Sequence record: PZ171032.1
Direction: 5' to 3' (one strand)
Length of the DNA stretch: 64,000 bases
Origin: a phage
Shown here: positions 54,354 to 64,000 of the stretch, in pieces
Layout: the number at the start of each line of letters is the position of its first letter
How positions within the stretch are numbered: the stretch's first letter is position 1
Made by a program: the position numbers and the translations under genes
The notes under the pieces: generated by a model
The model's input: only the letters and a program-made list of their open reading frames with translations
What the model was told of the DNA's origin: nothing
Databases searched by the model: none

Positions 54354-54718
54354 TATTTGTCTCCTTGTTCTTCGTTAGTGTTTGCCGTGTGTGCAAACCC
54401 TGCTTGAATTAATTTGTCCTGAACTTGAGCCAACAGGCCCATTGCAAAACTTGTGGTCCCAGAGAGGGCCATCAACATATCTCGTTGTTGAGCTACCCAA
54501 CCTAAGGCATAGTCCAAACGACGATATTTTTCTTCTTCACGCAGAGCCTGAAATAATTGTTCAGCCTCCGGTTGTTGTGTGAGCTCCTGAAGTCTTCCCA
54601 TGAAAGAAGAAAGCACTAGCAAAAGAGACACTTGATCTTTACTTAACCCTAAGAAAAATTCTTGAGGTTGTTCTTGCTCGTTCATCGCAACCGACTCTTG
54701 ATCGTTCATTTGTTCCAT
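54353..54718 (-). CDS. hypothetical protein
   Basis: 121-aa ORF. Confidence 0.45.
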   Translation of the reverse strand: MEQMNDQESVAMNEQEQPQEFFLGLSKDQVSLLLVLSSFMGRLQELTQQPEAEQLFQALREEEKYRRLDYALGWVAQQRDMLMALSGTTSFAMGLLAQVQDKLIQAGFAHTANTNEEQGDK

Positions 54719-54801
54719 TATGGAATCTCCGATTTTATTTGAACAACATAGAAGGAGACACTATTTTAGCATCCCCTTCTGTAAATTACAATAGGTATTT
54801 G

Positions 54802-55047
54802 TTAGCCAATCACTTCGAAAGTTCCCCAATTCCCGTCCAGCAGGCAGGTGATCGGATCCCCATCGTCGTCAAAGATTTCAAAGTTTTCAGCATCCAGGAT
54901 GTGGCCCTCAAACACAATACTTTCGTCGCCACCACCAGAGATAACAGCGTATTCCTTACCTTGAGTCAAGTTTTGACACCCTTTGCCACCAAAACCTACT
55001 TCAACACAACGTACTTTCTGTCCTGCGCGAGCAACTACTCCAGTCAT
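54802..55047 (-). CDS. hypothetical protein
   Basis: 81-aa ORF. Confidence 0.4.
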   Translation of the reverse strand: MTGVVARAGQKVRCVEVGFGGKGCQNLTQGKEYAVISGGGDESIVFEGHILDAENFEIFDDDGDPITCLLDGNWGTFEVIG

Positions 55048-55064
55048 CTTAAGGTCTCCTGATA

Positions 55065-55385
55065 TTAATCGTCAAGTTCAAAATAGATTTTAACAGCTTC
55101 ATCGAAGATTGGAATCCCGATGTTGTTGATAAGCTGCCAAACTACCATATCTTTACCTGGATCTGGGAGAATGTCAACCTTTCTCCATGCGCTGTATACC
55201 CAGTTCGGACCGCCTTCTGCACTAACTGGCAGATTTTCACCAGCCTCCTGTAGATACTTATACAGCAAAAGATATTCTGGATACTCCAGAACACTGTCCT
55301 CTGTAGTATATAGCAGTTCACGGTATACTTTTAAGAACCCTGCTGGGGTGATGTTTTCAGTCTTCATTTGCTGCTTCTCCTGCAT
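55065..55385 (-). CDS. hypothetical protein
   Basis: 106-aa ORF. Confidence 0.45.
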   Translation of the reverse strand: MQEKQQMKTENITPAGFLKVYRELLYTTEDSVLEYPEYLLLYKYLQEAGENLPVSAEGGPNWVYSAWRKVDILPDPGKDMVVWQLINNIGIPIFDEAVKIYFELDD

Positions 55386-55746
55386 TCATCAGATCTGCCA
55401 TAGCGTCACCCACGAAGAGAACAACCACATCGTTTACCGCGTCAGCATCATCTTTGTTGACGTTGCTGAATTTAGGACACACAGCAATAATCATATAGAC
55501 ACCGTTACCCACCTGAACTGTCCGTGTGGTGCACATCATGGCGGTATTTGTGCCTTCTTTGAAGGCGAAGCCTTGAAGACGCTCCTCTAGAGTGTTACCG
55601 GTAGACTTCAGAAGCGCCAGCTCGTCCAAGGCATAGATGATATCTCCGGAAGTTAGTGTTGCCTTGCCATCAGACACCATAATCACTCCATCAGCACCGT
55701 CAAGCTTAGAGGCTTCAAAGATATCAATATCCCAAATATTTTTCAT
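55357..55746 (-). CDS. hypothetical protein
   Basis: 129-aa ORF. Confidence 0.45.
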   Translation of the reverse strand: MKNIWDIDIFEASKLDGADGVIMVSDGKATLTSGDIIYALDELALLKSTGNTLEERLQGFAFKEGTNTAMMCTTRTVQVGNGVYMIIAVCPKFSNVNKDDADAVNDVVVLFVGDAMADLMNAGEAANED

Positions 55747-56078
55747 TACGCTTCCTCGTCGTCTAAGTAATCATCAAGAGAGGTGAAGATTTCACCGAAG
55801 TATTCTAAGATTTCTAGCTCACGTGTGGTGCAGCAAACATAATCGCCCTGGTCGTCCTTAATAGTGGCCTCTTTACCCAGAATATCTACTTCAAGTTCAT
55901 CGTTCAACAGGACTGTCCCTGTGTAAACTTTGTCAGCTGTGCAGTCCCGAAAAGCAGAGTCCTTCTCCAGATAGTCTGGCTTAACCTTGGCTTTAATTCG
56001 TTGGTATTGTTTGGTCATTGTTGTGGTCCCCTTTCGTTTTGATAGGACCATTGTATTAGGTCCTATCGCTGTTGTCAA
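55746..56078 (-). CDS. small protein, paralog family C
   Basis: KAKVKPDYLEKDSAFRDCT...IKDDQGDYVCCT aligns with KITLKPECVANDRAFKDCT...FKDDEGDSVWCT of 56082 ORF; likely start at internal MTKQYQ. Confidence 0.5.
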   Translation of the reverse strand: MTTAIGPNTMVLSKRKGTTTMTKQYQRIKAKVKPDYLEKDSAFRDCTADKVYTGTVLLNDELEVDILGKEATIKDDQGDYVCCTTRELEILEYFGEIFTSLDDYLDDEEA

Positions 56079-56081
56079 GTA

Positions 56082-56336
56082 TTAATGTTCAGGTTTTACA
56101 AAAACGACTTCATTAACAGTGCACCAGACAGAGTCTCCTTCATCATCTTTAAAGGTAAGGCACTGTGCTGAGTTTTCCAGCTCATCGATCTCTTCTTGTG
56201 ATAAAGGGGCCCCTTCTTCCAGAAGGGCTTTTACCAGAGGGTTCTCACAAAACTCTGCTTCATAAATTGCACCGACTGTGCAATCTTTAAAAGCTCGGTC
56301 ATTTGCAACGCATTCTGGCTTCAAAGTAATTTTCAT
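56082..56336 (-). CDS. small protein, paralog family C
   Basis: See 55746 ORF. Confidence 0.5.
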   Translation of the reverse strand: MKITLKPECVANDRAFKDCTVGAIYEAEFCENPLVKALLEEGAPLSQEEIDELENSAQCLTFKDDEGDSVWCTVNEVVFVKPEH

Positions 56337-56412
56337 CTTGGCAGTCTCCTTAGTTATTTAAAAATCACCGATCTGTTTGTGTGAAGCATCTTATATCTAA
56401 TCTTACTTCTTG

Positions 56413-56811
56413 TCAATGGCTATTTTCAATCAGCCACACAGGGTCGAGGTAAATTTGTTGGCGTGTTGCCCAATGACAAACTTCATTGTACATCTGAATC
56501 TCTTTGTCCGTCAGTTCACGAATAGGCTCATCTATACCCTCATTTTTGTGGTAATCCCAGTCGGCATCGATTTCCCACAGCCATGACTTGTTGTCACCAC
56601 GCTTACGCACACAGAAGTCACCGGGACGGCCTGCCAATGCATTTAAGAACTCGTTCTCCGCTCGCTCTTGGAGAATACTAAGGAGCAAAACGTTAGAACA
56701 TGACCGTAGAATATGCTTCAGCTCACAATCATCAATCTCAACTTCAATACGTTGTTTGACTGTGTGGGTACCTTTTACTAACATCCTACCTCCTCTAAAC
56801 GAACTCTGCAA
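56413..56811 (-). CDS. hypothetical protein
   Basis: 132-aa ORF. Confidence 0.45.
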   Translation of the reverse strand: MQSSFRGGRMLVKGTHTVKQRIEVEIDDCELKHILRSCSNVLLLSILQERAENEFLNALAGRPGDFCVRKRGDNKSWLWEIDADWDYHKNEGIDEPIRELTDKEIQMYNEVCHWATRQQIYLDPVWLIENSH

Positions 56812-56989
56812 GGGTTGTGTTGTTCACTGCACCGCAGTAAATGGAGTATCCCAGCCCATTAGAGTGCAGAAACCACGGCGTGCCGAAATTATCTTTCACG
56901 TAGACATCGCCGTTGCTTGTAAAGGGCCAATATTCTTCACCAAGGGTGAAATACCTACTCATACCCTCAGCCAGATACTTTACTTTCAT
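56795..56989 (-). CDS. small protein, paralog family B
   Basis: YFTLGEEYWPF...YVKDNFGTPWFLHS... aligns with neighbours. Confidence 0.5.
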   Translation of the reverse strand: MKVKYLAEGMSRYFTLGEEYWPFTSNGDVYVKDNFGTPWFLHSNGLGYSIYCGAVNNTTLAEFV

Positions 56990-57213
56990 AGGCCCTCTTC
57001 AACAGCTACAAACTTGGCAAGCAGGGTGGTTCCGTAGATATGATACTCACCGTTTGCCAGATGGGAGATAAACCAGGCAATCCCTTCCTCGTCTTTAATC
57101 ATCTTGTTTGCACGATTTTTATCGTAATAAACCTCGTAGGTCTTTCCTTCTTTAAAGAATGACAGGTCTGTCATCTTTTCTTCTACAAAAGTAGCTTTAA
57201 CCAAAGTTGTCAT
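56986..57213 (-). CDS. small protein, paralog family B
   Basis: FFKEGKTYEVYY...MIKDEEGIAWFISH... Confidence 0.5.
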   Translation of the reverse strand: MTTLVKATFVEEKMTDLSFFKEGKTYEVYYDKNRANKMIKDEEGIAWFISHLANGEYHIYGTTLLAKFVAVEEGL

Positions 57214-57584
57214 TGATCGGTCTCCTTCTTGTTAAGTCTGAATACTGCAATAATAGCATTCCCAAGGTGCAGTGTCAAATCATTTCCAAGATACCACAGC
57301 ATTCCACGGTCATCTTTGATGAAAGGGTGACAATCTGGTGCCTTCCAGACATTGTACACTTTCCCAACCTGAAAGAAATCAGGCCCTGTTGGGATTTTAG
57401 TGCCTGGCCACACTTGAGATACCTGAACACACTCCACCTGCATAATAACAGGGATAGTCATGGATGTAAATGTTTTTGTTGGTTCTACTACCATAAAAGT
57501 CTCCTCTTTGCTCAACAACACTTCCATGTGTTGATAGTTTACATTAGTGACAATCACCCCAATTACGACCACACAGGTATTCAC
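57210..57584 (-). CDS. protein with C-terminal paralog family B domain
   Basis: FFQVGKVYNVWK...FIKDDRGMLWYLGN...; N-terminal part may be shorter than the track ORF. Confidence 0.45.
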   Translation of the reverse strand: MNTCVVVIGVIVTNVNYQHMEVLLSKEETFMVVEPTKTFTSMTIPVIMQVECVQVSQVWPGTKIPTGPDFFQVGKVYNVWKAPDCHPFIKDDRGMLWYLGNDLTLHLGNAIIAVFRLNKKETDQ

Positions 57585-57897
57585 CTGTGATCTGGAACGG
57601 GACGCCCATCATTTTAGAAGCTTGCCAGAAGCAATGCACCACCATTTCACCCACAGGGCTCCAGATAAGTTCAAGCTTTCCGTCATCGTTCAGGATAGGA
57701 TCGTACACCGTGTTTCCGTCTCTGTCAACCACTTCGTTTCCGTCCTCATCCTTGCGTGCCTTTTTGTACTTATGACCGTCGAACACATGAAGTTTGGCCT
57801 CCTGCTCTGCCTTAAATGCTTCCAGTTCTTCAATTGTGTCGAAGGTGTACACAGTCTTATACTTCGGTGTGTCAGGCACTTGAAGTTGGTACTCATC
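57544..57897 (-). CDS. DNA polymerase (family A, T7 gp5-like), exon 2 of 2 (motif C to C-terminus)
   Basis: Exon begins DEYQLQV, completing ...YYH|DE (motif C HDE); C-terminus ...GEYLCGRNWGDCH matches recalled T7 gp5 end ...GKMGPNWAICH. Confidence 0.75.
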   Translation of the reverse strand, partial: DEYQLQVPDTPKYKTVYTFDTIEELEAFKAEQEAKLHVFDGHKYKKARKDEDGNEVVDRDGNTVYDPILNDDGKLELIWSPVGEMVVHCFWQASKMMGVPFQITGEYLCGRNWGDCH

Positions 57898-58739
57898 CAA
57901 TAGTTCAGGTAGGTCGTTAAGCTACCCCGCACCATTACGTGCACAGCCATACAGTTTCCTGTATGGATCGGACTATCTCACTACCTTGTTACCAAGGCAC
58001 CTCCCATTTCGACCGCACTTGCTGGCCTACTCTACTCGCTTCTTCGCACCAATTTATGTTGGCGCTATGCTTTCGATAGTCTCTGAACGTTACTACCAGG
58101 TGTAGTTTTTAGAGATATGTTTCCACTGTCTTCTTTGCTTTATGGCTCTGACCGTCTCATAAGGATACCCAAGATCCCTAATCTCGCATTGTCGTAAACC
58201 ACTTTGTAACAGTTCGCAAATCTCCGTTACCTCATCCTCGGTCAGTACAGCGTTGGCATTATACTCACCGACTGGCCTTACTCTGAGGTCATTATCATAA
58301 GCGTGTTTGATATTTCCACCAGGGGTGGTCCATTCAAGGTTCCAGTATGCATTGTTGTATTTGTTTCCGTCCTTATGGTTCACCCATGTGAGCCTTTCAG
58401 GATCAGGGTTTGATACAAAGCATTCAGCAACCAAGTGGTGGACACCTTTTGTGCACTGCTTCCCCTCGATGAACATGGTTACGCAAAGGTAACCTCGACC
58501 ATTATCAAAACAGAACATTGTTGTATGATCACGTTTCGATAAAGGTATTGTTCCATCATCAAACACGGTATATCCGTGATAATCAACTGATCTAGCCATT
58601 TTAACTACACCCCTTTAGTCTTCGCTGCGGATTAGCATATTGAGCTTTTACCATGTTTAGGTGTAAAAGTCAACTTAGCCTTCCCGTCAATTAAAGAGGT
58701 TTTCGACGTGCATCACTGCACGAAGCCACAATGTTATTT
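57898..58739 (-). mobile_element. group I intron in the DNA polymerase gene (842 nt) carrying an HNH homing endonuclease ORF
   Basis: Exon 1 ends in U (CAT), intron ends in G (..TTG). Minus-strand R-like GTTCAGAGACTATCG directly after the HNH stop and S-like AGATAGTCC core elements. Frame and motif C are restored across the junction. Confidence 0.75.
58093..58599 (-). CDS. HNH homing endonuclease (intron-encoded)
   Basis: VHHLVAECF...VNHKDGNKYNNAYWNLEW HNH_3-type motif; AAAGGGGTG SD. Confidence 0.75.
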   Translation of the reverse strand: MARSVDYHGYTVFDDGTIPLSKRDHTTMFCFDNGRGYLCVTMFIEGKQCTKGVHHLVAECFVSNPDPERLTWVNHKDGNKYNNAYWNLEWTTPGGNIKHAYDNDLRVRPVGEYNANAVLTEDEVTEICELLQSGLRQCEIRDLGYPYETVRAIKQRRQWKHISKNYTW

Positions 58740-61163
58740 ATGGTAATAGATAATACGACGAACACCTTCATCGTACCACCCACGCTTCACCATTTGGTGG
58801 TGCATAAGTATCCCAACTAAGTCACACAGCGATGCACCACCATTCTGTTGGTATGCATTAAGTAAAGAGTGTTTAGATCGGGTCCAGATGGCATGACCAT
58901 CAAAAGAGTAGATAAACTTCTTACCCGTTGCTTCCCAGAATTTCTCCAGATCCTCTTTACGCCCCTTAAGACCAGGGTTGGCATCCCAAAGTGCATCGAT
59001 CACCCTTTGTCCCAACTCTGGAGAGATGTCCAGCATATCTGCAACTTTATCTTTTTGTGCCCCGTACATAACCCCATACGTGATAGGTTTACCGTCGTTA
59101 CGAGACACCTCTCTGCCTGCTACTTTTGTATATGCCTCAGCATTGTTTTGGTGTGCGTCCCCGTTACTTACAACATCATAATACAAGCCGTTGTCGAACT
59201 CAAAGGCACCCCAAGCCCCGATAAGCTGCTCTAAGTTGGACCCGTCAATACCGATCTCAAAGTATCCTGGAGGAACACCCCACAGACTACGCATCTCTTT
59301 ACCCATAACCACTTTAGGAGATGGTTTAGGCATGTTTGCACAAATACTGTGTTTCTGTCTGGAAGTGTTTGTTAATCCAGAGCTTTTAGCAGGAAGCTTA
59401 TGGTCAATCTTCAAACGTGGGTGATTAAGAAGACCAGTATCAACCTTATCCTCCTTAATTGGATCAAGGACCGATCTGCGGTTTCGCAATGATAACCACA
59501 AGACGATATCTTTAGCCATCTCTCCGTTCAATTTTTCAAGATTCGGACATAGGTGTCCAAACGTATCTTTCAGTTGCGGAGAAGTAATAAGTGCTCTGGC
59601 TTTTCTACGTATTTTCCCGAATACTTCCTTTTTAATCCTTTCGGAGTTAGGAAAGCTTCGGAACTTGTGCACGGTTGTCTGGAACTTAGCATCAGTTTTG
59701 TTCCAGAAGTTGATAATCAGGTCACAATACTCTGACTCTAAAAGCTCGTCCATATATGCATATACTCGTGCATCAACATCTGCATCAGGTAGAGCTTTCT
59801 TCTTGCTGTCTTTAGTTACATCCTTAGTTCTCCACATTGTCGGAAGCCAACCAGCACTGATCAGGTATCGCTTAATATCGTCCTGATTGCTGATTTTCAT
59901 AGGTATCTTGCAGTCAGGCATTCGCTTCTGCTGCAGATCGCTTATTGCCTGATCCATCAGCTCTTTAGGTAAAGGTTGTGGTGTGGAGGTGCCCTTAATA
60001 TAACCTCTCAAGAAATCAGCCATCTTGTCTGGGTCTTTGCAGCCCATCTCTTCACACCATTTTATCCCCATTTTACTGACATCTCCTGTGGAGGTAAATG
60101 CTCGCTTAGGTGGGGCTTTGAACTCTAAAGCGCTCATGTCTACAGGATAGCCAAGCTTATCTTTTAACCATTTCCAACCATTATTGGAGATTGTCCCATC
60201 TTGGTTAAACGGCTTTTCAGGGAACTTGGGCCGCTGAGACATTGACAGCTCTTTTAAAGGTAGTTGTGGTTCAACACGATCAGCTATTTCTTTCATCCAC
60301 GCATCGCAACGGTCACGTAAAGCAATAGCCCCGTCTATGTCGAAATACACACCCTGACGGGCCTGCAGCTCCATCAGGAAGTGCTGCAGCATGCCTCGGC
60401 GTAATGCGTTCTTCCAGGTGATCTTCTTGAACCCTTTTGGCTTCTCTTTGGCAGGATCGTACATAAAGTTCTGCATGTCAGATTTGCCGTAGAATACACC
60501 TTTTGATTCCGCTACCAGCTCTTTCCAGAGCAGCTCCTGGATGATAACGTCCTCGAATACACGATCCACATACTTCCACAGCGGAAGATCGCGCCAGTCA
60601 TCAATTTGAACTTTCTGGTTACCAAGAGCGTAGCCCCATGCCATAAGGCCGTGAGGACCAACAGGCTGCATTTTCTTAGTAACCGGGTTGAATACAGAGT
60701 CCGGACAACCTTTTGGTAAAGGGCGATCAGGCCACAAGATTCGGCTCATCGCCAACGTATCGAACAGGTTAACCTGGTGGTCGTTGATAGTCCCCATACA
60801 TTTAGGATCACGGAACATATCAAAATGAATACCGGATAATCTCTCCATCAGCATAAAGTCATAACTGTAGCAGTTATGGCAGTTCAAAGCTGTTGGTGAC
60901 CAGTCGGAATTTCCTGTAAGCCAACCTTCCAACTCCGAAAAATCTGCTATGCGAACTTCAAAATCTTTATAAAGAGTTTTCTTTGCCAGAATAAAGTTCT
61001 TAGCCTTCTCTATATCCTCCTCGGAGTAGTGTGTGCGGTCATTTAGAGGAAGGAACAGCATAAAACGGTTCTTATTCAGCTCTTTAAACAGGCCGCAATG
61101 ATAATAAAGATCTGGGTCTTCCAGCAAACCGGATGACTCAAAATCGAACGACCACATGCTCAT
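58740..61163 (-). CDS. DNA polymerase (family A, T7 gp5-like), exon 1 of 2
   Basis: 3'-5' exo motif FDFESSG; LMAWGYALGN, GIDGSNLEQL (motif A), KPITYGVMYGAQ (motif B) colinear with recalled T7 gp5; track ORF stops just before motif C. Confidence 0.85.
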
Positions 61164-61221
61164 ATACAGTTCTCCTTAAAGGGGAGGCGGTTGTACTACC
61201 CCTCCCACTCTTTGTTAAACA

Positions 61222-63300
61222 TTAAAAAGGTGTTTCATCATCCTCAAAACCAGGAACATGGTCAGAGGACGGATCATCGTACTGGAGGTCTTCCTGCGTG
61301 TCAACAGGCTTAACAGTAGGAGTTACAACCTTATCAGCCACAACCTTACCCATAGGTGTTTCTACAACTGCATGCTCCTGATCCTCAAACATAGCCTGAG
61401 GTCTCCAAACAACCTCCCCACCTTCTCCATCTGTAAACATTTGCATTTCTTTGTCCCAGTACCAATTACTGGCATCATGGAACTTACCTGTATGTGGGTC
61501 CATAACCAAAGTGTCTGCAATACCTAAAGTTTTTGCTGGACGGTTTTTAAGACCTACCAGTCGGACACGCCCACGAGAACGATCCACCATTTCTTCGGCC
61601 TCGACACCTATGACTACCCAACTCAACTGTTCAAGCCCAGCCGATCCTCGCAAATTCTCTTTTCGCACAGGATACCAGAAAGGTAACGGGTTACCATCCT
61701 TGTCCTTAGGAGGCACAATCTCTGTACGTTTGAGGTGAGCGATCACCAAGATAAACACATTGAACTGCTTACAAAACGCAGCCAGCTGGGTCATAGCCAT
61801 GTCCAGTTCTTTTCGCTCATCCTTAACATTAAGCCCCGAAATTACCATAGACAGGTGATCCAGCACAATATAACGGCAATGGTACAGGCAAACCATTTGC
61901 TTAAGCTTGGTAATCAACTCGTCCACCGGAATAGACCCGAAATGTTTGAACACTTTGATTTTTCCAGCTTTTGCCCATGATTGGTGAATCTCTGCGTGTT
62001 CTTGATCAGTTAAAAACTGGCTAGGATCTTCAACAAACTCTTTAACATCAAACCCTAGCTGGTTTGCATACAAGGAGTTAATTGCTTCCTCTGGGTCCTC
62101 CTCAAGATGGATCATGCATAGACGATCATCCTCTTCATAGTCATCGGCCTTCGGGCATGTCGGGTCCATCAAGTATCTTGCAATACAATGTTCCAGTTTT
62201 TTAGCTACAGTTGTTTTACCGCCCCCTGATGGCCCTGTAAGCATTACGAGTGTCCCTTTGTGCAAGCCTTTTAGCATTTTTTGCAGTTTTGGAAACTCTG
62301 CGCTGATATCTACCCCGTTGGAAGTCTTTTTCCGCAAAGATTCGATAGAGAAGTCTTCTAAATCCGACACAGCATCAGGCACATACTTAACAGGATGCCG
62401 GAACATGTTTACAATATCTTCCAGCTTTTTAGCCTTTAGCATGTCACGGATATCTTTTACACCGTCAGGATCGTTTACCTCACCGGGGTATTCTACGTGG
62501 TAAACGTTATCAGCCATCAAAAATGCTGCGATATTGTGCGTGGCCTCAACACCTTTAATGACGTGTTTTTGCTTCTCTACCTCGTTAGCTGCATCGTTAT
62601 CCATTGCCAGCACAACTGTTCCATAGCTACGGATAAACTTCTCATTGTTTGCAAAAGTATCTACTGCGTTTGCACATCCACAGTTAATTCCAACAAAAGG
62701 CAGGCATGGTTTTCCTGCCAGATCGCCACCGTTGATAACTGCATCGATCCCGTCCTGGACCTCTTTAGCCCACTGTTTCACCTTTGCCGGGGCTTTAGCG
62801 TTGGTGAGAATCCCTTTTACTTGTATCTGATATGCAGCCTGCCATGCTGCAATAACATCACCTTCTCCCTCACAAACGTTAATCTGCTTACGGTTGTTGG
62901 AAGATGCACACAGCTTTTGACCAAACATCTGAGAGTTAGCCTTTACTATGCCAACAACGGAGAAATGGCCTCTTTGCTCTTTAGGAATCGTCCAGTCACG
63001 CTTTTTGAAACCGGACAGATTTCCGTAGCGGTCGTAATATGGGAAATATGTTGCAGTGACTGTCACACCATCTTCTTGGGATAATGCTGATCGCACACCA
63101 AAATATTGTGCAGCCATCAGACCGATATTTTGTTGTGGGACAGGGACAATTTTAGTATTTTCTAAAACAGTCTCTACAGTTTCAACTTCTTTTTCATCAC
63201 GATAGTCTCGTTTCACACTTCCCCCACTTTTATACTTAGTTGCTTTCGGGTTTGGCTCACCGAAACGGTTGTATGCAGATGCCATAAATTTACTTCCCAT
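61222..63300 (-). CDS. DNA primase-helicase (T7 gp4-like: TOPRIM + DnaB-family helicase)
   Basis: TOPRIM VCEGEGDVIA; Walker A LTGPSGGGKTT; Walker B IVLDHLS; acidic C-terminal tail ending ...EDDETPF. Confidence 0.85.
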   Translation of the reverse strand: MGSKFMASAYNRFGEPNPKATKYKSGGSVKRDYRDEKEVETVETVLENTKIVPVPQQNIGLMAAQYFGVRSALSQEDGVTVTATYFPYYDRYGNLSGFKKRDWTIPKEQRGHFSVVGIVKANSQMFGQKLCASSNNRKQINVCEGEGDVIAAWQAAYQIQVKGILTNAKAPAKVKQWAKEVQDGIDAVINGGDLAGKPCLPFVGINCGCANAVDTFANNEKFIRSYGTVVLAMDNDAANEVEKQKHVIKGVEATHNIAAFLMADNVYHVEYPGEVNDPDGVKDIRDMLKAKKLEDIVNMFRHPVKYVPDAVSDLEDFSIESLRKKTSNGVDISAEFPKLQKMLKGLHKGTLVMLTGPSGGGKTTVAKKLEHCIARYLMDPTCPKADDYEEDDRLCMIHLEEDPEEAINSLYANQLGFDVKEFVEDPSQFLTDQEHAEIHQSWAKAGKIKVFKHFGSIPVDELITKLKQMVCLYHCRYIVLDHLSMVISGLNVKDERKELDMAMTQLAAFCKQFNVFILVIAHLKRTEIVPPKDKDGNPLPFWYPVRKENLRGSAGLEQLSWVVIGVEAEEMVDRSRGRVRLVGLKNRPAKTLGIADTLVMDPHTGKFHDASNWYWDKEMQMFTDGEGGEVVWRPQAMFEDQEHAVVETPMGKVVADKVVTPTVKPVDTQEDLQYDDPSSDHVPGFEDDETPF

Positions 63301-64000
63301 TAATTCTGCTCCTTACTACAGGCTCGTTTGCTAAGAATACGGCTTTTGCCCAGCCACGTGGTGTGAGGCTTCGAATCATCTTCGTTCTTGCACTCTTTCC
63401 ACCCAGCTTGGCGTGTTGCATGGAATACCCGCTAACCACGTCAACTATTTGCGGGACAGGTTTTGTGGCCGGGATTATAAATCCATTACCTATCCAGCCG
63501 CAAGTTATTTTTGGATAGGCATCACGTGGAGCTATAAATTCAGGAAACCATGGGTTTACATCATCTTCCGGTAAATACCCGCCATAGTCAGAAGGATGAA
63601 AACGGTAATCAGGTTTGCGCCACAGTGTGGACATAACACCTACAGGATTCTCTACATGCCACGGGCAATCGTAAATCTCTCCCAGCTCTTCCGCAACCCG
63701 AGCATCCCTTACAGCATTAATTTGGATCATGGGATCCTTAGCCAGCTTTTTCTTAAAATGTGCAGCACCTGATACCGCTAAATGCGTGCACGGAGGAAAT
63801 GCAAGAATAAAGTCTGGAGCTGGGTACATGCAAAAAGTTTCCTGAGGGAACCATGGGTCAATCCAATAATCCACATAGTGAATGTTGGGATGATCGGTTA
63901 TCACCTCTGCATAACTGCCGTGATCAGCACCTTCTGCATTAAAGCACAGGCACAGATACCCAGCTTTTGCCCAGTCAATGACTGCACCACCAGATCCGTC
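63290..64000 (-). CDS. DNA cytosine-5 methyltransferase (5' end lies beyond the window)
   Basis: Motif IV AFPPCTHLAVSGA (PC), motif VI HVENPVG (ENV-type); reading frame continues upstream of the track start to the window edge, where DGSGGAV resembles motif I. Confidence 0.65.
   Translation of the reverse strand, partial: DGSGGAVIDWAKAGYLCLCFNAEGADHGSYAEVITDHPNIHYVDYWIDPWFPQETFCMYPAPDFILAFPPCTHLAVSGAAHFKKKLAKDPMIQINAVRDARVAEELGEIYDCPWHVENPVGVMSTLWRKPDYRFHPSDYGGYLPEDDVNPWFPEFIAPRDAYPKITCGWIGNGFIIPATKPVPQIVDVVSGYSMQHAKLGGKSARTKMIRSLTPRGWAKAVFLANEPVVRSRINGK

Noticed and set aside
57544-57900. ORF-track entry as an independent 118-aa gene starting at TTG
   Set aside because: It supplies motif C (DE after exon-1 His) and the C-terminus of the family A DNA polymerase; it is exon 2, beginning at 57897.

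Overview
This 64-kb window reads as the early/middle (non-structural) part of a virulent tailed dsDNA phage genome that uses host sigma70-type promoters (many near-consensus TTGACA-17-TATAAT sites) and Shine-Dalgarno-led, tightly packed, often overlapping genes. All calls are made by eye from the sequence and the ORF track; no database search was run. Layout: (i) window edge with a tandem palindromic operator array and three leftward genes (HTH protein, metallophosphatase, P-loop kinase); (ii) a rightward block from about 1.6 to 41 kb carrying an RNA-repair-like cassette (Rnl2-like ligase, Sir2), DNA ligase, lambda-R-type lysozyme, nucleases and resolvases, two DNA methyltransferases, dNMP kinase, HAD nucleotidase, ThyX, class I RNR (nrdA, nrdB, glutaredoxin), class III RNR (nrdD, nrdG) with nrdD split into three exons by two group I introns, PhoH, a ClpP-like protease, then about 12 kb of small ORFs including a segmentally duplicated array of paralogous acidic proteins, a ribosome hibernation factor (HPF/RaiA) homolog and several tiny membrane peptides; (iii) a 2.5-kb ORF-free, repeat-dense convergent junction (41.0-43.5 kb); (iv) a leftward block from 43.5 kb to the window end with many small genes, a macro-domain protein, an SSB-like protein, more tandem paralog families, a family A DNA polymerase split by a group I intron carrying an HNH endonuclease gene, a T7-gp4-like primase-helicase and a 5'-truncated C5-cytosine methyltransferase. 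No virion structural genes, tRNAs or CRISPR arrays were recognised. Most small ORFs have no assignable function.
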